Of a stretch of DNA of 64,000 nucleotides, positions 23,661 through 35,614 are shown piece by piece; the stretch's first letter is position 1, and every line of letters begins with the position of its first letter. The stretch covers positions 13,206,001-13,270,000 of the forward strand of contig NC_090419.1 in assembly GCF_036365525.1 (NCBI RefSeq), read 5' to 3'. A model generated the notes under the pieces. That model saw only the letters and a program-made list of their open reading frames with translations, did no database searches and was not told where the DNA came from. The stretch comes from Heterodontus francisci. Its lineage: Eukaryota. Made by a program: the position numbers and the translations under genes.

Positions 23661-23925
23661 CCCAGTCCATAAGAAGCCCCTGCGAGAGGGAGGCGTGCTC
23701 CACCGAGCAATTTGGGTCAGTGTTGATGAAGGCAGCTTTCAGAAAGGTCTCATCGCTGTTTGGGAGGACCTGGGTCTGTATCCCTTCGTGTCGGAGGCTC
23801 CCACCATTTCTTAGCCAGGTCATGTTGAGGGCTCCTGGACAGTAGCTGGCAGCTGTACACTGGAACTGGCTGGAATGGCCACAGGCCCCCAGATCATGGA
23901 AGGAGACGGTCACTGCCAGGAGACA
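23661..23925 (-). pseudogene. Degenerate MHC C1-domain exon (WB beta2 / class I alpha3-like)
   Basis: ttctcAG acceptor and GTATGT donor (phase 1). Encodes ...QCTAASYCPGALNMTWLRNG...QVLPNSDETF...DPNCSVEHASL...MDW. Its 265 nt fit a 282-nt exon with a +1 frameshift near the start and an 18-nt loss before the second Cys. Confidence 0.8.
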
Positions 23926-24429
23926 CTGAGAATAGACGGTTACTTTTAATTCTGCGCTCCTCCCCCGCCCCCCCCCCCCCACCCCACCCCACCAACCTAC
24001 ACTTTCCCCAAGGAAAGCCCCAACTCTCACTGGGATACAGCCTCCATGGGCACCGACTGGTACCACACCTGAACTGGGAACGTAGGAACCTCAGGAGGCC
24101 ATTCAGCCCCTCCAACCTGTTCCGCCATCCAACAAGATCATGACTGATTAGTATAGATTGGCTTTATGGTCGGCATGGACGCGTTGGGCCGAAGGGCCTG
24201 TTTCTATGCTGTACGACTCTATGACTGATCTGCGGCCTAACCCATATCCCCGCCTTTGCCCTCATATCCTATACCTTTGCCTAACAAAAATCAATTAATC
24301 TTACAGATTTAATATTAACAATTGATTCCAGCATCGATCGCCGTTTTCGGGAGAGAGTTCCAAACTACTACCGCCCTTTGTGTGCGGAAGTGTTTCCTAA
24401 TTTCATTCAGGTCCATTCAGGCTAAATTG

Positions 24430-24615
24430 CTGAAAATAGAAACACGTCGTCGAAGCTTTTCATCTTGCACTCATCAGGACAGTCCGCAAGAATACCAATG
24501 TGAGGGAAAACAACCACTTTATACTGTATGAGAAGAGAGTGCGGATTGGTTGGCAAGTGAACTCTGATTGGCGGAGGCGTTGCCTTGGAGAGTGCACCAG
24601 TTGGTGGTGACTGAC
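24430..24615 (-). mobile_element. Penelope-like element fragment with a minimal hammerhead-ribozyme-like motif
   Basis: The minus strand 24482-24449 reads CTGTC-CTGATGA-GT-GCAAG-AT-GAAA-AGCT-TC-GAC. Confidence 0.55.
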
Positions 24616-25537
24616 CCTCTCAGAGGGTCGTGAGTCTTTGGAACTCTCTCTTCCTCAAAAGGTGGCGGAAGCAGAGTCTATGAATATTTTGAAGGCAGAG
24701 GTAGATAGATTCTTGATGAGCAAGGGGGTGAAAGGTTATCGGGGCGAGGCGGGAACGTGGAGCTGAGGTTGCAATCAGATCAGCCGTGATCTTGTTGAGC
24801 GGCGGAGCGGGCTCGAGGGGCCGAGTGACCTCCTCCTGCTCCTAATTCGCATGCTCGTGTGAATACACCGCTGAACCTCATCAGATTTGAGGTGGAGTGG
24901 GCTTCTGGGCCTACGTGGCTGTCCTCAGCATTGTGGGTGGGTTTTCCTCGTCGCGGGTCAGCTCTGCCAACAACTCAACGGGGGGGGGGGGGGGGCGAAG
25001 CAAGGAGGAGGCGGGCAGTTCCTGACTGGCGCAATTTGAATTTAATTAATGAATAAAAACGTGGAATTGAGAGCCAGTCTCAGTAATGGTGCCCTGAAAC
25101 ATCATCGATTGTCGTAAAATAAAACATTCACTAATGCCCTTTAGGGGAGGTAATCCGCCGCCCGTGCCCGGTCTGGCCTACATGTGACTCCAGGCAACCC
25201 CCCCCCCCCACCCCACCTCCCCCCACAGCAACGTGATTGACTCTTAAATGCGATCGGTAATGGCCTCGCGAGCCACTCAGTTGTCACGGGCAACCGCCAC
25301 CTTACCTTTTTGCTTAAAAAAAAAACAATCGCTCGTTCACGGGATGTGGGCAAACGTGCCCACGAACAGAACTGAGCTCGTCTCGTAAAATGCCCTCGCA
25401 AATCCCACCAATGGCACTTCAGCAGCGGCGTCACGGCCCCCCCCCCCCCCCCCCCCACCCCCGGAAGGTTCTGCGAGAAAAAGACTTTTGAAATCTTTTC
25501 ACCTGTTGTAACCGGTGCTCCTCAAGCAGAGTTTCAC

Positions 25538-25550
25538 TGTGGTTTCCTGT
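25538..25550. promoter_or_regulatory. RUNX-ETS composite-like motif ~1 kb upstream of the SIT1-like start
   Basis: TGTGGTTTCCTGT = TGTGGT (RUNX) abutting TTCCTG (ETS). This is a motif match only. Confidence 0.35.
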
Positions 25551-26523
25551 TCTTCTTTTGAAGCATCACTTGCTCTGCAAATTGCTCTCAACACTCCCGA
25601 AGCAGTCTGAATATTACCCTTTTGAACTCTGACTTGCAGCCCCTCTCTCTCTCAATTTTTTTTTCTTCTAACCTGTAATTCGGAATGGGTTTATTTTTTC
25701 GACCTGTCGCCCTGCCTTTTTGTTTTCCGGTGGAGCGTTGGGATCCAGCGTGCAGGAAGCGGGCAGCAGCTTGGCCCTCGCCCCGTGTCTCTCTTGCGGT
25801 GAAACCTCAAAGATTCTGCGATGTCGTTGGCCCAGTGTTCCTCTCAGGGAGAAAGAGGGGCGGCGTCGACATGAAGTGGGGAGCGAGAGAGAGAGAGAAT
25901 CTGAAGGAAGTTGCAGGCAGAGAGAGAGAGACGCACACACTCAGAGTGAGAGAGAGAGAGAGACGCAATAACAGATAGGATAAAAGGGAGTAAGATAGAA
26001 AGAGAGACAGAGACAGAAAGGGCAAGAGTAAAACAGAACGAGCAAAACAGCGAGTTACAGAGGCAGGGAGCGAAGTGGAGTGCGGGGATACAAATACAGA
26101 GAAAGAGACACTGCGGAAGATGACAAGGGAGTTTGCACAGGTAGAGGCAAAGAGGAAGAAACACAGGTGTATGTGAAGACGGACAGGCACAGCGGCAGAA
26201 ATAGAGGCGAGCAAGTGGATCTCGATACGGAGCCAGAGTTCAGCGTGCTGGACTCACAAATATTCGGTTGCCTGCTGGAATTTCCACAGACAGGAAAAGG
26301 GCAAAAACAAAACAAAGCCCCAGAGTAGAAGAGACTTTCTCTGCAATCCAGATGGAGGGGCCCCATGTGAAGTGGTGACCAGGACTCCAGACCCAGCGGA
26401 TCAAACAGAGCTGTAAACTGAACCCCCCTTCCCCACCACCACCCTCCTCCCCCCCACCCCCCCCCCCCTCCCCCGCCACCATCGACTGACTGGCGCCACA
26501 GAGGCTGTCGCAAGGGGGAAGTT

Positions 26524-26563
26524 ATGGAGATGGTCGAGAACAACCAAACGCAACACTGTTATG
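26524..26563 (+). CDS. SIT1: SIT1-like adaptor, first identifiable coding exon (short ectodomain)
   Basis: MEMVENNQTQHCY+G, phase 1, GTAAGG donor, with an N-Q-T sequon and a Cys. An upstream exon cannot be excluded (acceptor-like cacAG at 26500-26501). Confidence 0.6.
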
Positions 26564-26599
26564 GTAAGGGATCAGAGCTGTTTTGGAAGGGGTTGGGAA

Positions 26600-27110
26600 T
26601 AGAGAAAGTTGGTCTCTTCTCGGTGGGAGGAGGTGGCGGGTTTGGAAGGTGCTGTCCAAGGAGCTTTGGTGCGTTGCTGCAGTGCATCTTGTAGATGGTA
26701 CACACTGCTGCCACTGTGTGTCAGTGGTGGAGGGAGTGAATGTTTGTAGATGGGGTGCCAATCAAGCGGGCTGCTTTGTCCTGGATGGTGTCGAGCTTCT
26801 TGAGTGTTGTTGGAGCTGCACCCATCCAGGCAAGTGGAGAGTGTTCCATCACACTCCTGACTTGTACCTTGTAGATGGTGGACAGGCTTTGGGGAGTCAG
26901 GAGGTGAGTTACCCGCCGCTGGATTCCCAGCCTCTGACCTGCTCTTGTAGCCGCGGTATTTAAGTGGCTGGTCCAGTTCAGTTCTGGTCAACGGTGACCA
27001 CCCGAGATATTGGCCGGTGGGGGATTCGGCGATAATGATGCCACTGAATGTCACGGGGAGATGGTTAAACTGTTGGTGGAAGAATGGGCATTGCCTGGCA
27101 CTTGTGTGGC
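26600..27110 (-). mobile_element. LINE (CR1/L2 group) ORF2 3' fragment in a SIT1 intron
   Basis: RT-tail-like translation (KYRGYKSRSEAG...). A related fragment lies at ~28330-28620. Confidence 0.6.
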
Positions 27111-27381
27111 ATGATTGTCACTGGCAGCACAAGGGTGAAGCACTCTCGAGGCAAATTCAGGCCAAACCACGACAGGACAAAGGGCCAAGCTGAGCAGAGA
27201 GGAATACAGAAGTAATTGGACATTTGGCATTGCAAGAAAATGATCCATACTTGGAGAAATGGAGGCAAAAAACCCAACAATGGTAGGAGAGGAGGGAACA
27301 GAAGGGTCTTTGAGATCGATGACTCGGAACAATACCTTCCTCTGTGTTTGTCTAACTTTGTGATCTGTGTTGACATCACAG

Positions 27382-27498
27382 GATTGCAGGACCTGTGCTG
27401 CAGTTCCCTCATGTGGGTCATCTGTGGAGCCAGTGGATTCCTTCTATTCCTCTCCCTGACCTGTAACATTCTCTGCTGCGCTCGGAGTTACAGAAAAG
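27382..27498 (+). CDS. SIT1: SIT1-like transmembrane exon
   Basis: GLQDLCCSSLMWVICGASGFLLFLSLTCNILCCARSYRK, phase 1/1, GTAACT donor. Confidence 0.82.
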
Positions 27499-28063
27499 GT
27501 AACTGGCCTGCGGGCAGCATGCGCCACAGAGGTACCTCGGCGGGGTGTGGGGGGTTGGGGGGGGGGGGGAGCGGAGGGAGGGACGAGAGGGTTAAGTACG
27601 TTCTCCGCAGTGGGCTCATTAACGGGACCCACAGAGGTGGCCTCTATCACTGGGGGCTACGACTGTTAACACTGCGCTCTAGAAACCCCTGTCAGTCAAT
27701 GCAAATGGTCCTGGCTGGACACAGAGCGGGACGTTTTCCCAGTGTCTGCTCGCCTCCGAGTCAGAAGATCAGCCCAGGGACCTGCGCGCCGAATCCAGGC
27801 TGACACTCCAGGGCAGTACCGAGGGAGTGCCGCACTGTCGGCGGTGCGGTCTTTCGGATGAGACATCAACCAAGGGCCTCTATCTAGCCTCGCGGGTGGG
27901 CGGATAAGATCCCACGGCCGCTGCTGGAATTCACTGGCTGTAATCCCGAGATTGCGAAAGGCACGATAGAAATGCACGTTTTCCTTTCCTGAGTTCCGAA
28001 AGTCACGGTGGGTGGCCTGGCGAAACTGTTCGACAAGTCATTAACGGTGCCTCTTCCTTCCAG

Positions 28064-28100
28064 ATAACTCCAGAAAGTTCCTGCCTCGCTTCCGGAGAAG
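28064..28100 (+). CDS. SIT1: SIT1-like micro-exon (basic juxtamembrane segment)
   Basis: ctcttccttccAG acceptor and GTAAAG donor. The 37-nt phase 1/2 exon bridges the neighbouring exons exactly: DNSRKFLPRFRR. Confidence 0.75.
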
Positions 28101-29401
28101 GTAAAGCAAAACTTGAGAAACAATGCAGGCGTTTGCCTGGTTAATTTGTGTCTTTCGAGCCCCCGGCTACGGTTTGACCTCCAGAGCGTTTGCTGGGGGA
28201 GCCCGGGGATGGTAGGGCGGGGGGTGGCGGGGGGGGGGGGGGGGGGGTGTTATTTATGTCGCAAGTGCAGTGCGCTGGGTGGATGACACAGAGATTCGTT
28301 GCACCAGAATATGCTGAGGATTAGGGGGATTCATTCATGGGATGTGGGCCTCGCTGGCCAGGCCAGCATTTACTGCCCGGCCCTAATTGCCCCTTGAGAA
28401 GGTGGTGGTGAGCTGCCTTCTTGAACCGCTGCAGTCCGTGTGGGTAGGTACACCCACAGTGCTGTTAGGGAGGGAGTTCCAGGATTTTGACCCAGCGACA
28501 GTGAAGGAACGGCCGATATAGTTCCAAGTCAGGATGGCGCGTGACTTGGAGGGGAACTTGCAGGTGGCGATGTTCCCATGCGTCTGCTGCCCTTGTCCTT
28601 CTAGGTGGTAGAGGTCGCGGATTGTAGCCTAGTTAAAAGACAGGAGCAAGGGGTGAGACCGATAGCAAAAAGGTAGAAGACACTTGGTTAACATTAACCA
28701 GCATCAAACCTGGTTAGAGATTGCCAGAAAAACACTTGCAGGCGGCCCGGAACAAATGCCTGGCGGGATTCCGACATCCTGCGGGTTAACTCCTTTGAAT
28801 CAGGGGCAGATAACTGCACATTGGAGATGTGGGGGACCGGTGAATATGCTGGAGTTTTTTCTCGCGATCATATTTTGGGGCCTGAGATTACTCATGCAGG
28901 GTGGAACCTCGGAGATGAAATGGGTTGGGAGAGTGCATGGGAGGGCGGAGGTTCAGGAACGCAGGATCAGGAGACCATTCAGCCCCTCTAGCCTGTTCTG
29001 CCATTCAACGAGATCACGGCTGATCTGTGATCTGACTCCATATCCCTTAATACCCATTGGTTGACCAAAAAAAAACGGTCAATCTCTCAGGTTTAAAATT
29101 AACAATTGACGCAGCATCGATTCTGTTTGCGGGAGAGAGTTCCAAACCTCTACCACCCTTTGTGTGGTCGAACCGATTCTGTGAAGGTTCCCCTCAATAT
29201 TTTGAAAACTTTGATCAAATCTCCCCTTAACCTTCTAAATTCCAGGGAATACGACGCAAGTTTGTCTAATCTCTCCTTGTAATTTAATCCTTGGAGCCCG
29301 GGTATTATTCTGTCTAGGATCCGAACTCTGCAGTTGCGAGACTGTTACCGGTTTCTATCTGACTCACTGATCGGTTTCAGCTTTCACTCATTCTCCCTCA
29401 G

Positions 29402-29469
29402 TTTTAGCTTCAAGTCGAACGAAGTCGAGGACAACCCCGTCTATGGGAACATCAACTACATTTACACCG
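29402..29469 (+). CDS. SIT1: SIT1-like exon with the YGNI motif
   Basis: SFSFKSNEVEDNPVYGNINYIYT, compared with human SIT1 EEVPLYGNLHYLQT (recalled). Phase 2/1, GTGAGC donor. Confidence 0.88.
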
Positions 29470-29779
29470 GTGAGCAGCTCCTTAACTGCCTGCGCGGAAC
29501 AAATTGTTCACCACGTGTGGGGGTCTGTCAGATAACCAAGTGACAGCGGGCGCTCCCTTCTCGGCCCTTCTGAATGCTCCCAGGTGACAGTCACGGCAGC
29601 TGCCGCGCAGCTCTCTGACTCAAAGCGCTGCAGCTCCTTGAACACGGACTGACAGCATCACAAATTCAGTTGAGGGAGATTTACACTGCCCTGGGTTTCC
29701 GTGGGCAAAGTGGGTTTCCGTGGGCAAAGGCACATCAGGGTTGTTCATATCAAACTGTGTGTCAGCCACAAAATGAGCA

Positions 29780-29960
29780 CATACACAGGCAGACATACAC
29801 ACACAGACATATGCAGAGACACACACACCCAGACACATGCACGCACCCACACACACGCGCGCGCGCACACACACACACCCAGACACATGCACGCACCCAC
29901 ACACACGCGCGCGCGCGCACGCGCACACACCCAGACACATGCACACACACATATGCACAC
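29780..29960. repeat. (CA)n/(CG)n compound microsatellite
   Basis: Directly visible, with an internal ~50-bp duplication. Confidence 0.9.
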
Positions 29961-29988
29961 ATTATTAATTTGCTCATTATGCCTTCAG

Positions 29989-30041
29989 GGATGGAGAGAC
30001 AAAGCAGTGGACAGCTGGTGGAATCCGAGACTGGAGTAAAG
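29989..30041 (+). CDS. SIT1: SIT1-like linker exon
   Basis: ccttcAG acceptor, AAG|GTCAGT donor, phase 1/0: GMERQSSGQLVESETGVK. Confidence 0.72.
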
Positions 30042-30989
30042 GTCAGTGTTGATGTCGAGTTGAGAATCACAAGCGTTTGTTCAGGTTCAGGATGCTTGGC
30101 ATGGGTTTGCCAGTCTCCGAGTGTGGCTGCCAACAACATGTGGGAGGTGCCCTTTCTTGGCTTCAATGGACTGGCAGGGCTTAAAATCATGGTCCCGCTG
30201 TTGGCGGGATCTTGCTGTGCGGGAGGCGGCTGCCCATCCGCCTGCGCGCGGCCAGCTTCAGAGCGAGCGGCCGGGCGTGCAAGCGTTCCGGGAGCGTCTC
30301 CCGGCAGACCCGACCCGGCTTTCACGCAAAGCCACGCCCCCCCCCCCCACCCCCCGCGACCCTGCCCTGCCGGGAAGGACCTGCGCGAAATCTGCGGGTT
30401 ACGCTTTGTAGCAGAAAGATTTGAAACTCTGCTTCGCACAGGAAATTGAGGGCTTTTGTTGTTGCAGATTCAGGAGCAGTCGCGAGCGAAAGCGAGCAGA
30501 AATATCCAAACGATCCGCTGTTTGCAGACGGTCTCTCCCCAAGATGTGTTCAATGACAACATGTGCAGTGGCACAATTCAAACCCTCTTTGCTTTGATTT
30601 CTTCCTTCTGGGATGGAGGGGCTTGGCCTCAGTGTATGTGCCTAAACTCTGTGTTGTCGAGCTCTCCTAATCTCTTTCATAGGAGTTGTCAACCTGCCAC
30701 GCTTCCTGCCTCTGACCTAAATTAAGTTCTGCAGTTGCAACACACGAGTGCAGGGAGAGTCGGTGAGGGAAACTGCAATCATGTTGTAACTACAACGTGC
30801 GCAGCAACGCACGGTCTGCTGAATCCGCGTTCCGCCATTTCAAAGGAGCAGGAAAATGGGGATCAGACAGTCATTCCCAATTCTGGGATCTTCCAGGGCA
30901 CACTTGTTTCGGGATGTGAGTCTCCCCTCTGCTGATTGTTGGCCGTGTGGTGCAAAAGCTGCCATTTAGATGAGGGGGATATCAGGATG

Positions 30990-31767
30990 GCTGTACCTGT
31001 CCCGGGGAGTGTTTGATGGGGGACAGTGTAGAGGGAGCTTTACTCTGTATCTAACCCCCGGGCTGTACCTGTCCCGGGAGTGTTTGATGGGGACAGTGTA
31101 TAGGGAGCTTTACTCTGTATCTAACCCCCGTGCTGTACCTGTCCCGGGAGTGTTTGATGGGGACAGTGTAGAGGGAGCTTTACTCTGTATCTGACCCCCG
31201 TGCTGTACCTGTCCTGGGGAGTGTTTGATGGGGGACAGTGTATAGGGAGCTTTACTCTGTATCTAACCCCCGTGCTGTACCTGTCCCGGGAGTGTTTGAT
31301 GGGGGACAGTGTAGAGGGAGATTTACTCTGTATCTGACCCCCGTGCTGTACCTGTCCCGGGAGTGTTTGATGGGGACAGTGTATCGGGAGCTTTATTCTG
31401 TATCTGACCCCCGTGCTGTACCTGTCCTGGGGAGTGTTTGATGGGGGACAGTGTATAGGGAGCTTTACTCTGTATCTAACCCCCGTGCTGTACCTGTCCC
31501 GGGAGTGTTTGATGGGGGACAGTGTAGAGGGAGATTTACTCTGTATCTGACCCCCGTGCTGTACCTGTCCCGGGAGTGTTTGATGGGGACAGTGTAGAGG
31601 GAGCTTTACTCTGTATCTGACCCCCGTGCTGTACCTGTCCCGGGAGTGTTTGATGGGGACAGTGTATCGGGAGCTTTATTCTGTATCTGACCCCCGTGCT
31701 GTACCTGTCCCGGGAGTGTTTGATGGGGGACAGTGTATCGGGAGCTTTATTCTGTATCTAACCCCCG
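30990..31767 (+). repeat. 70-bp tandem repeat, ~11 units, ending at a Tx1 poly(A) junction
   Basis: Same unit as 11435-11725. Confidence 0.95.
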
Positions 31768-32662
31768 TTTTTTTTTATATAAGGTGGCCTTTATACCTCA
31801 GGCCCCTTTTATATATTTTATGTCGAGGGGGCCTTTATTCCTCAGGCCCCCTTTATACACATATTTTTAAAATAACTTTATTAAAAACAGATAAATAAAC
31901 CTAAAACTCAAATTAAAATGCCATTCTCGGCGTCGACGATGCACTCCAGTCCCCGCGGTCACGGAAGGCCTCAGGCGTACCGGCGGACACCGCATGCTCC
32001 TTCTCCAGGGACACCCGAGCGCGAACGTAACCGCGGAAGAGGGGCAGGCAATCAGGGAGGACGGACCCCCCACCCCCCCACTGACGGCCCGCAGCCTGGA
32101 CCTGTGAATTGCCACCTTGGCCAGGCCCAGGAGCAGACCGACGAGGAGATCCTCCTCCCGGCCCACGCCCCTCCGCACCGGGTGCCCAAAGATCAGGAGC
32201 GTGGGGCTGAAGTGCAGCCAGAATTTGAGGAGCAGCCCCTTCAAATACTCAAACAGGAGCTGCAATCTCGCACACTCCGTACAAATGTGGAACACGGACT
32301 CGTCCAGGCCGCAGAAAGTACAGGCGGCCGGGGAGTCCGTGAACCTACTTAAAAGTCTATTGCACGGGACTGCCCTGTGCAGCACCCTCCACCCCAGGTC
32401 CCCGATGTAAAGGGGGAGGACACCCGCGTAGAGAGAGACCTCCATCGGGGTTTCCCCTCGCCGCCAGATGGCAACGCGGACCGCCAGGGCGTGTCCGGCC
32501 GGCTGACGAGGGCGAGGAAGCGGGGAGTGTGCAGGAGCAGCCCGTACAGGAAACCCCTTGCGTGCCGGAGGGCTTTTCCGAGAGGCGCCTCGGGTTGTGC
32601 GGGACCGGCTCCCGAAGAGGGTTGCGGGGGCTTGGGTCCGATGAGCAGTTCTGGCCGAGCGG
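31768..32662 (-). mobile_element. 5'-truncated Tx1 copy
   Basis: Near-identical to 21680-22600 (IGDLGWRVLHRAVPCNRLLSRF...), with the same 3' UTR and poly(A). Confidence 0.92.
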
Positions 32663-33047
32663 TTGTCATTCATGCATTAATCTTTCTGAAAGTTGCTCAC
32701 CAGCACCCTCTGTAGGACCAAATTTGTAATGTGGCCCCTCACTGAAAATGTTGGACGCCCCTCGTGCAGAATGAGCTTTACTCTGTATCGAATCTAATCT
32801 GGTTGCCCAACCTGAAACCCGACAACATGGGTTTGGGTCGGGTCAGGACTGTACCGTTTCGTTTCGTACTGTTTTTGTTTTAATCTACGATTTTTTTCCT
32901 GTTGCATTAATATGTTCGTTATTTTTGGGTCGAGTTGGGCATTTAAAAAAATTAAAGGACACGAGAATGGGTAGGTTCTTGTCGGGTCGCGTTTTAATTT
33001 TATACCCAAGCCAGGCTTTAATCGAAACTCTGTTTTTTTTTTACCAT

Positions 33048-33126
33048 ATGCTGTACCTGCCCTGGGCGTGTTTGATGGAGACAGTGTAGAGGGAGCTTTA
33101 CTCTGTATCTAACCCCCATGCTGTAC
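33048..33126 (+). repeat. Single 70-bp repeat unit abutting the 32-bp array
   Basis: gctgtacctgccctgggcgtgtttgatggagacagtgtagagggagctttactctgtatctaacccccatgctgtac. Confidence 0.85.
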
Positions 33127-33129
33127 GCG

Positions 33130-35585
33130 TATTCACAGGGCGTCCCTGGGGAGTCTGTCAGTATTTACAGGGGTCCCCGGGGAGTGTGTCAGTATTTACA
33201 GGGGTCCCCGGGGAGTGTGTCAGTATTTACAGTGGATCCCCGGGGGAGTGTGTCAGTATTTACAGGGGATCCCCGGGGGAGTGTGTCAGTATTTACAGGG
33301 GGTCCCCGGGGGAGTGTGTCAGTATTTACAGGGGTCCCCGGGGGAGTGTGTCAGTATTTACAGGGGTCCCCGGGGAGTGTGTCAGTATTTACAGTGGATC
33401 CCCGGGGGAGTGTGTCAGTATTTACAGGGGGTCCCCGGGGGAGTGTGTCAGTATTTACAGGGGGTCCCCGGGGAGTGCGTCAGTATTTACAGGGGGTCCC
33501 CGGGGAGTGCGTCAGTATTTACAGGGGTCCCCGGGGGAGTGTGTCAGTATTTACAGGGGGTCCCCGGGGGAGTGTGTCAGTATTTACAGGGGGTCCCCGG
33601 GGGAGTGTGTCAGTATTTACAGGGGGTCCCCGGGGAGTGTGTCAGTATTTACAGTGGATCCCCGGGGGAGTGTGTCAGTATTTACAGGGGGTCCCCGGGG
33701 GAGTGTGTCAGTATTTACAGGGGGTCCCCGGGGAGTGTGTCAGTATTTACAGGGGGTCCCCGGGGGAGTGTGTCAGTATTTACAGGGGGTCCCCGGGGGA
33801 GTGTGTCAGTATTTACAGGGGTCCCCAGGGGACTGTGTCAGTATTTACAGGGGGACCCCGGGGGAGTGTGTCAGTATTCACAGGGGGTCCCCGGGGGAGT
33901 GTGTCAGTATTTACAGGGGGTCCCCGGGGGAGTGTGTCAGTATTCACAGGGGGTCCCCGGGGGAGTGTGTCAGTATTTACAGGGGTCCCCAGGGGACTGT
34001 GTCAGTATTTACAGGGGGACCCCGGGGGAGTGTGTCAGTATTCACAGGGGGTCCCCGGGGGAGTGTGTCAGTATTTACAGGGGGTCCCCGGGGGAGTGTG
34101 TCAGTATTCACAGGGGGTCCCCGGGGGAGTGTGTCAGTATTTACAGGGGTCCCCAGGGGACTGTGTCAGTATTTACAGGGGGACCCCGGGGGAGTGTGTC
34201 AGTATTTACAGGGGGTCCCCGGGGGAGTGTGTCAGTATTTACAGGGAATCCCCGGGAAGTGTGTCAGTATTTACAGGGGTCCCTAGGGGACTGTGTCAGT
34301 ATTTACAGGGGGACCCCGGGGGAGTGTGTCAGTATTCACAGGGGGTCCCCGGGGGAGTGTGTCAGTATTTACAGGGGGGGGGGGGGCCCGGGAAGTGTGT
34401 CAGTATTTACAGGGAATCCCCGGGGAGTGTGTCAGTATTTACAGGGCGGTTCCCGGGGGAGTGTGTCAGTATTTACAGGGAATCCCCGGGAAGTGTGTCA
34501 GTATTTACAGGGGGACCCCAGGGGACTGTGTCAGTATTTACAGGGGGACCCCGGGGGAGTGTGTCAGTATTCACAGGGGGTCCCCGGGGGAGTGTGTCAG
34601 TATTTACAGGGGGGGGGGGGGGGCCCGGGGAGTGTGTCAGTATTTACAGGGAATCCCCGGGGAGTGTGTCAGTATTTACAGGGCGGTTCCCGGGGGAGTG
34701 TGTCAGTATTTACAGGGAATTCCCGGGGAATGTGTCAGTATTTACAGGGGGGTTCCTGGGGGAGTGTGTCAGTATTTACAGGGAATCCCCGGGGAGTGTG
34801 TCAGTATTTACAGGGGTCCCCGGGGAGTGTGTCAGTATTTACAGGGGTCCCCGGGGGAGTGTGTCAGTATTTACAGTGGGGGAGCCCGGGGAGTGTGTCA
34901 GTATTTACAGGGGGGTTCCTGGGGGAGTGTGTCAGTATTTACAGGGAATCCCCGGGGAGTGTGTCAGTATTTACAGGGGTCCCCGGGGAGTGTGTCAGTA
35001 TTTACAGGGGATCCCCAGGGGAGTGTGTCAGTATTTACAGGGAATCCCCGGGGGAGTGTGTCAGTATTTACAGGGGATCCCCGGGGGAGTGTGTCAGTAT
35101 TTACAGGGGATCCCCGGGGGAGTGTGTCAGTATTTACAGGGGATCCCCGGGGAGTGTGTCAGTATTTACAGGGGGTCCCCAGGGGAGTGTGTCAGTATGT
35201 ACAGGGGGTCCCCAGGGGAGTGTGTCAGTATTTACAGGGGGTCCCCGGGTAGCGTGTCAGTATTTACAGGGGACCCCGGGGGAGTGTGTCAGTATTTACA
35301 GGGGGACCCCGGGGGAGTGTGTCAGTATTTCCAGGGAATCCCCGGAGAGTGTGTCAGTATTTACAGGGGGTCCCCAGGGGAGTGTGTCAGTATTTAGAGG
35401 GGGTCCCCGGGGAGTGTGTCAGTATTTACAGGGGGGTTCCCGGGGGAGTGTGTCAGTATTTACAGGGAATCCCCGGGGAGTGTGTCAGTATTTACAGGGG
35501 GGTTCCTGGGGGAGTGTGTCAGTATTTACAGGGGGGTTCCCGGGGGAGTATGTCAGTATTTACAGGGAATCCCCGGGGGAGTGTC
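33130..35585 (+). repeat. ~31-33-bp minisatellite in the last SIT1 intron
   Basis: Unit gggagtgtgtcagtatttacagggggtccccgg with variable G-run lengths. Confidence 0.97.
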
Positions 35586-35614
35586 TGGATTTCTCACGCT
35601 CTCTGTCTCCGCAG

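Noticed and set aside
25685-25730. MGLFFRPVALPFCFP as the SIT1 signal-peptide exon
   Set aside because: Poor donor and weak hydrophobic core. The 26524-26563 exon fits phase and splice signals better.
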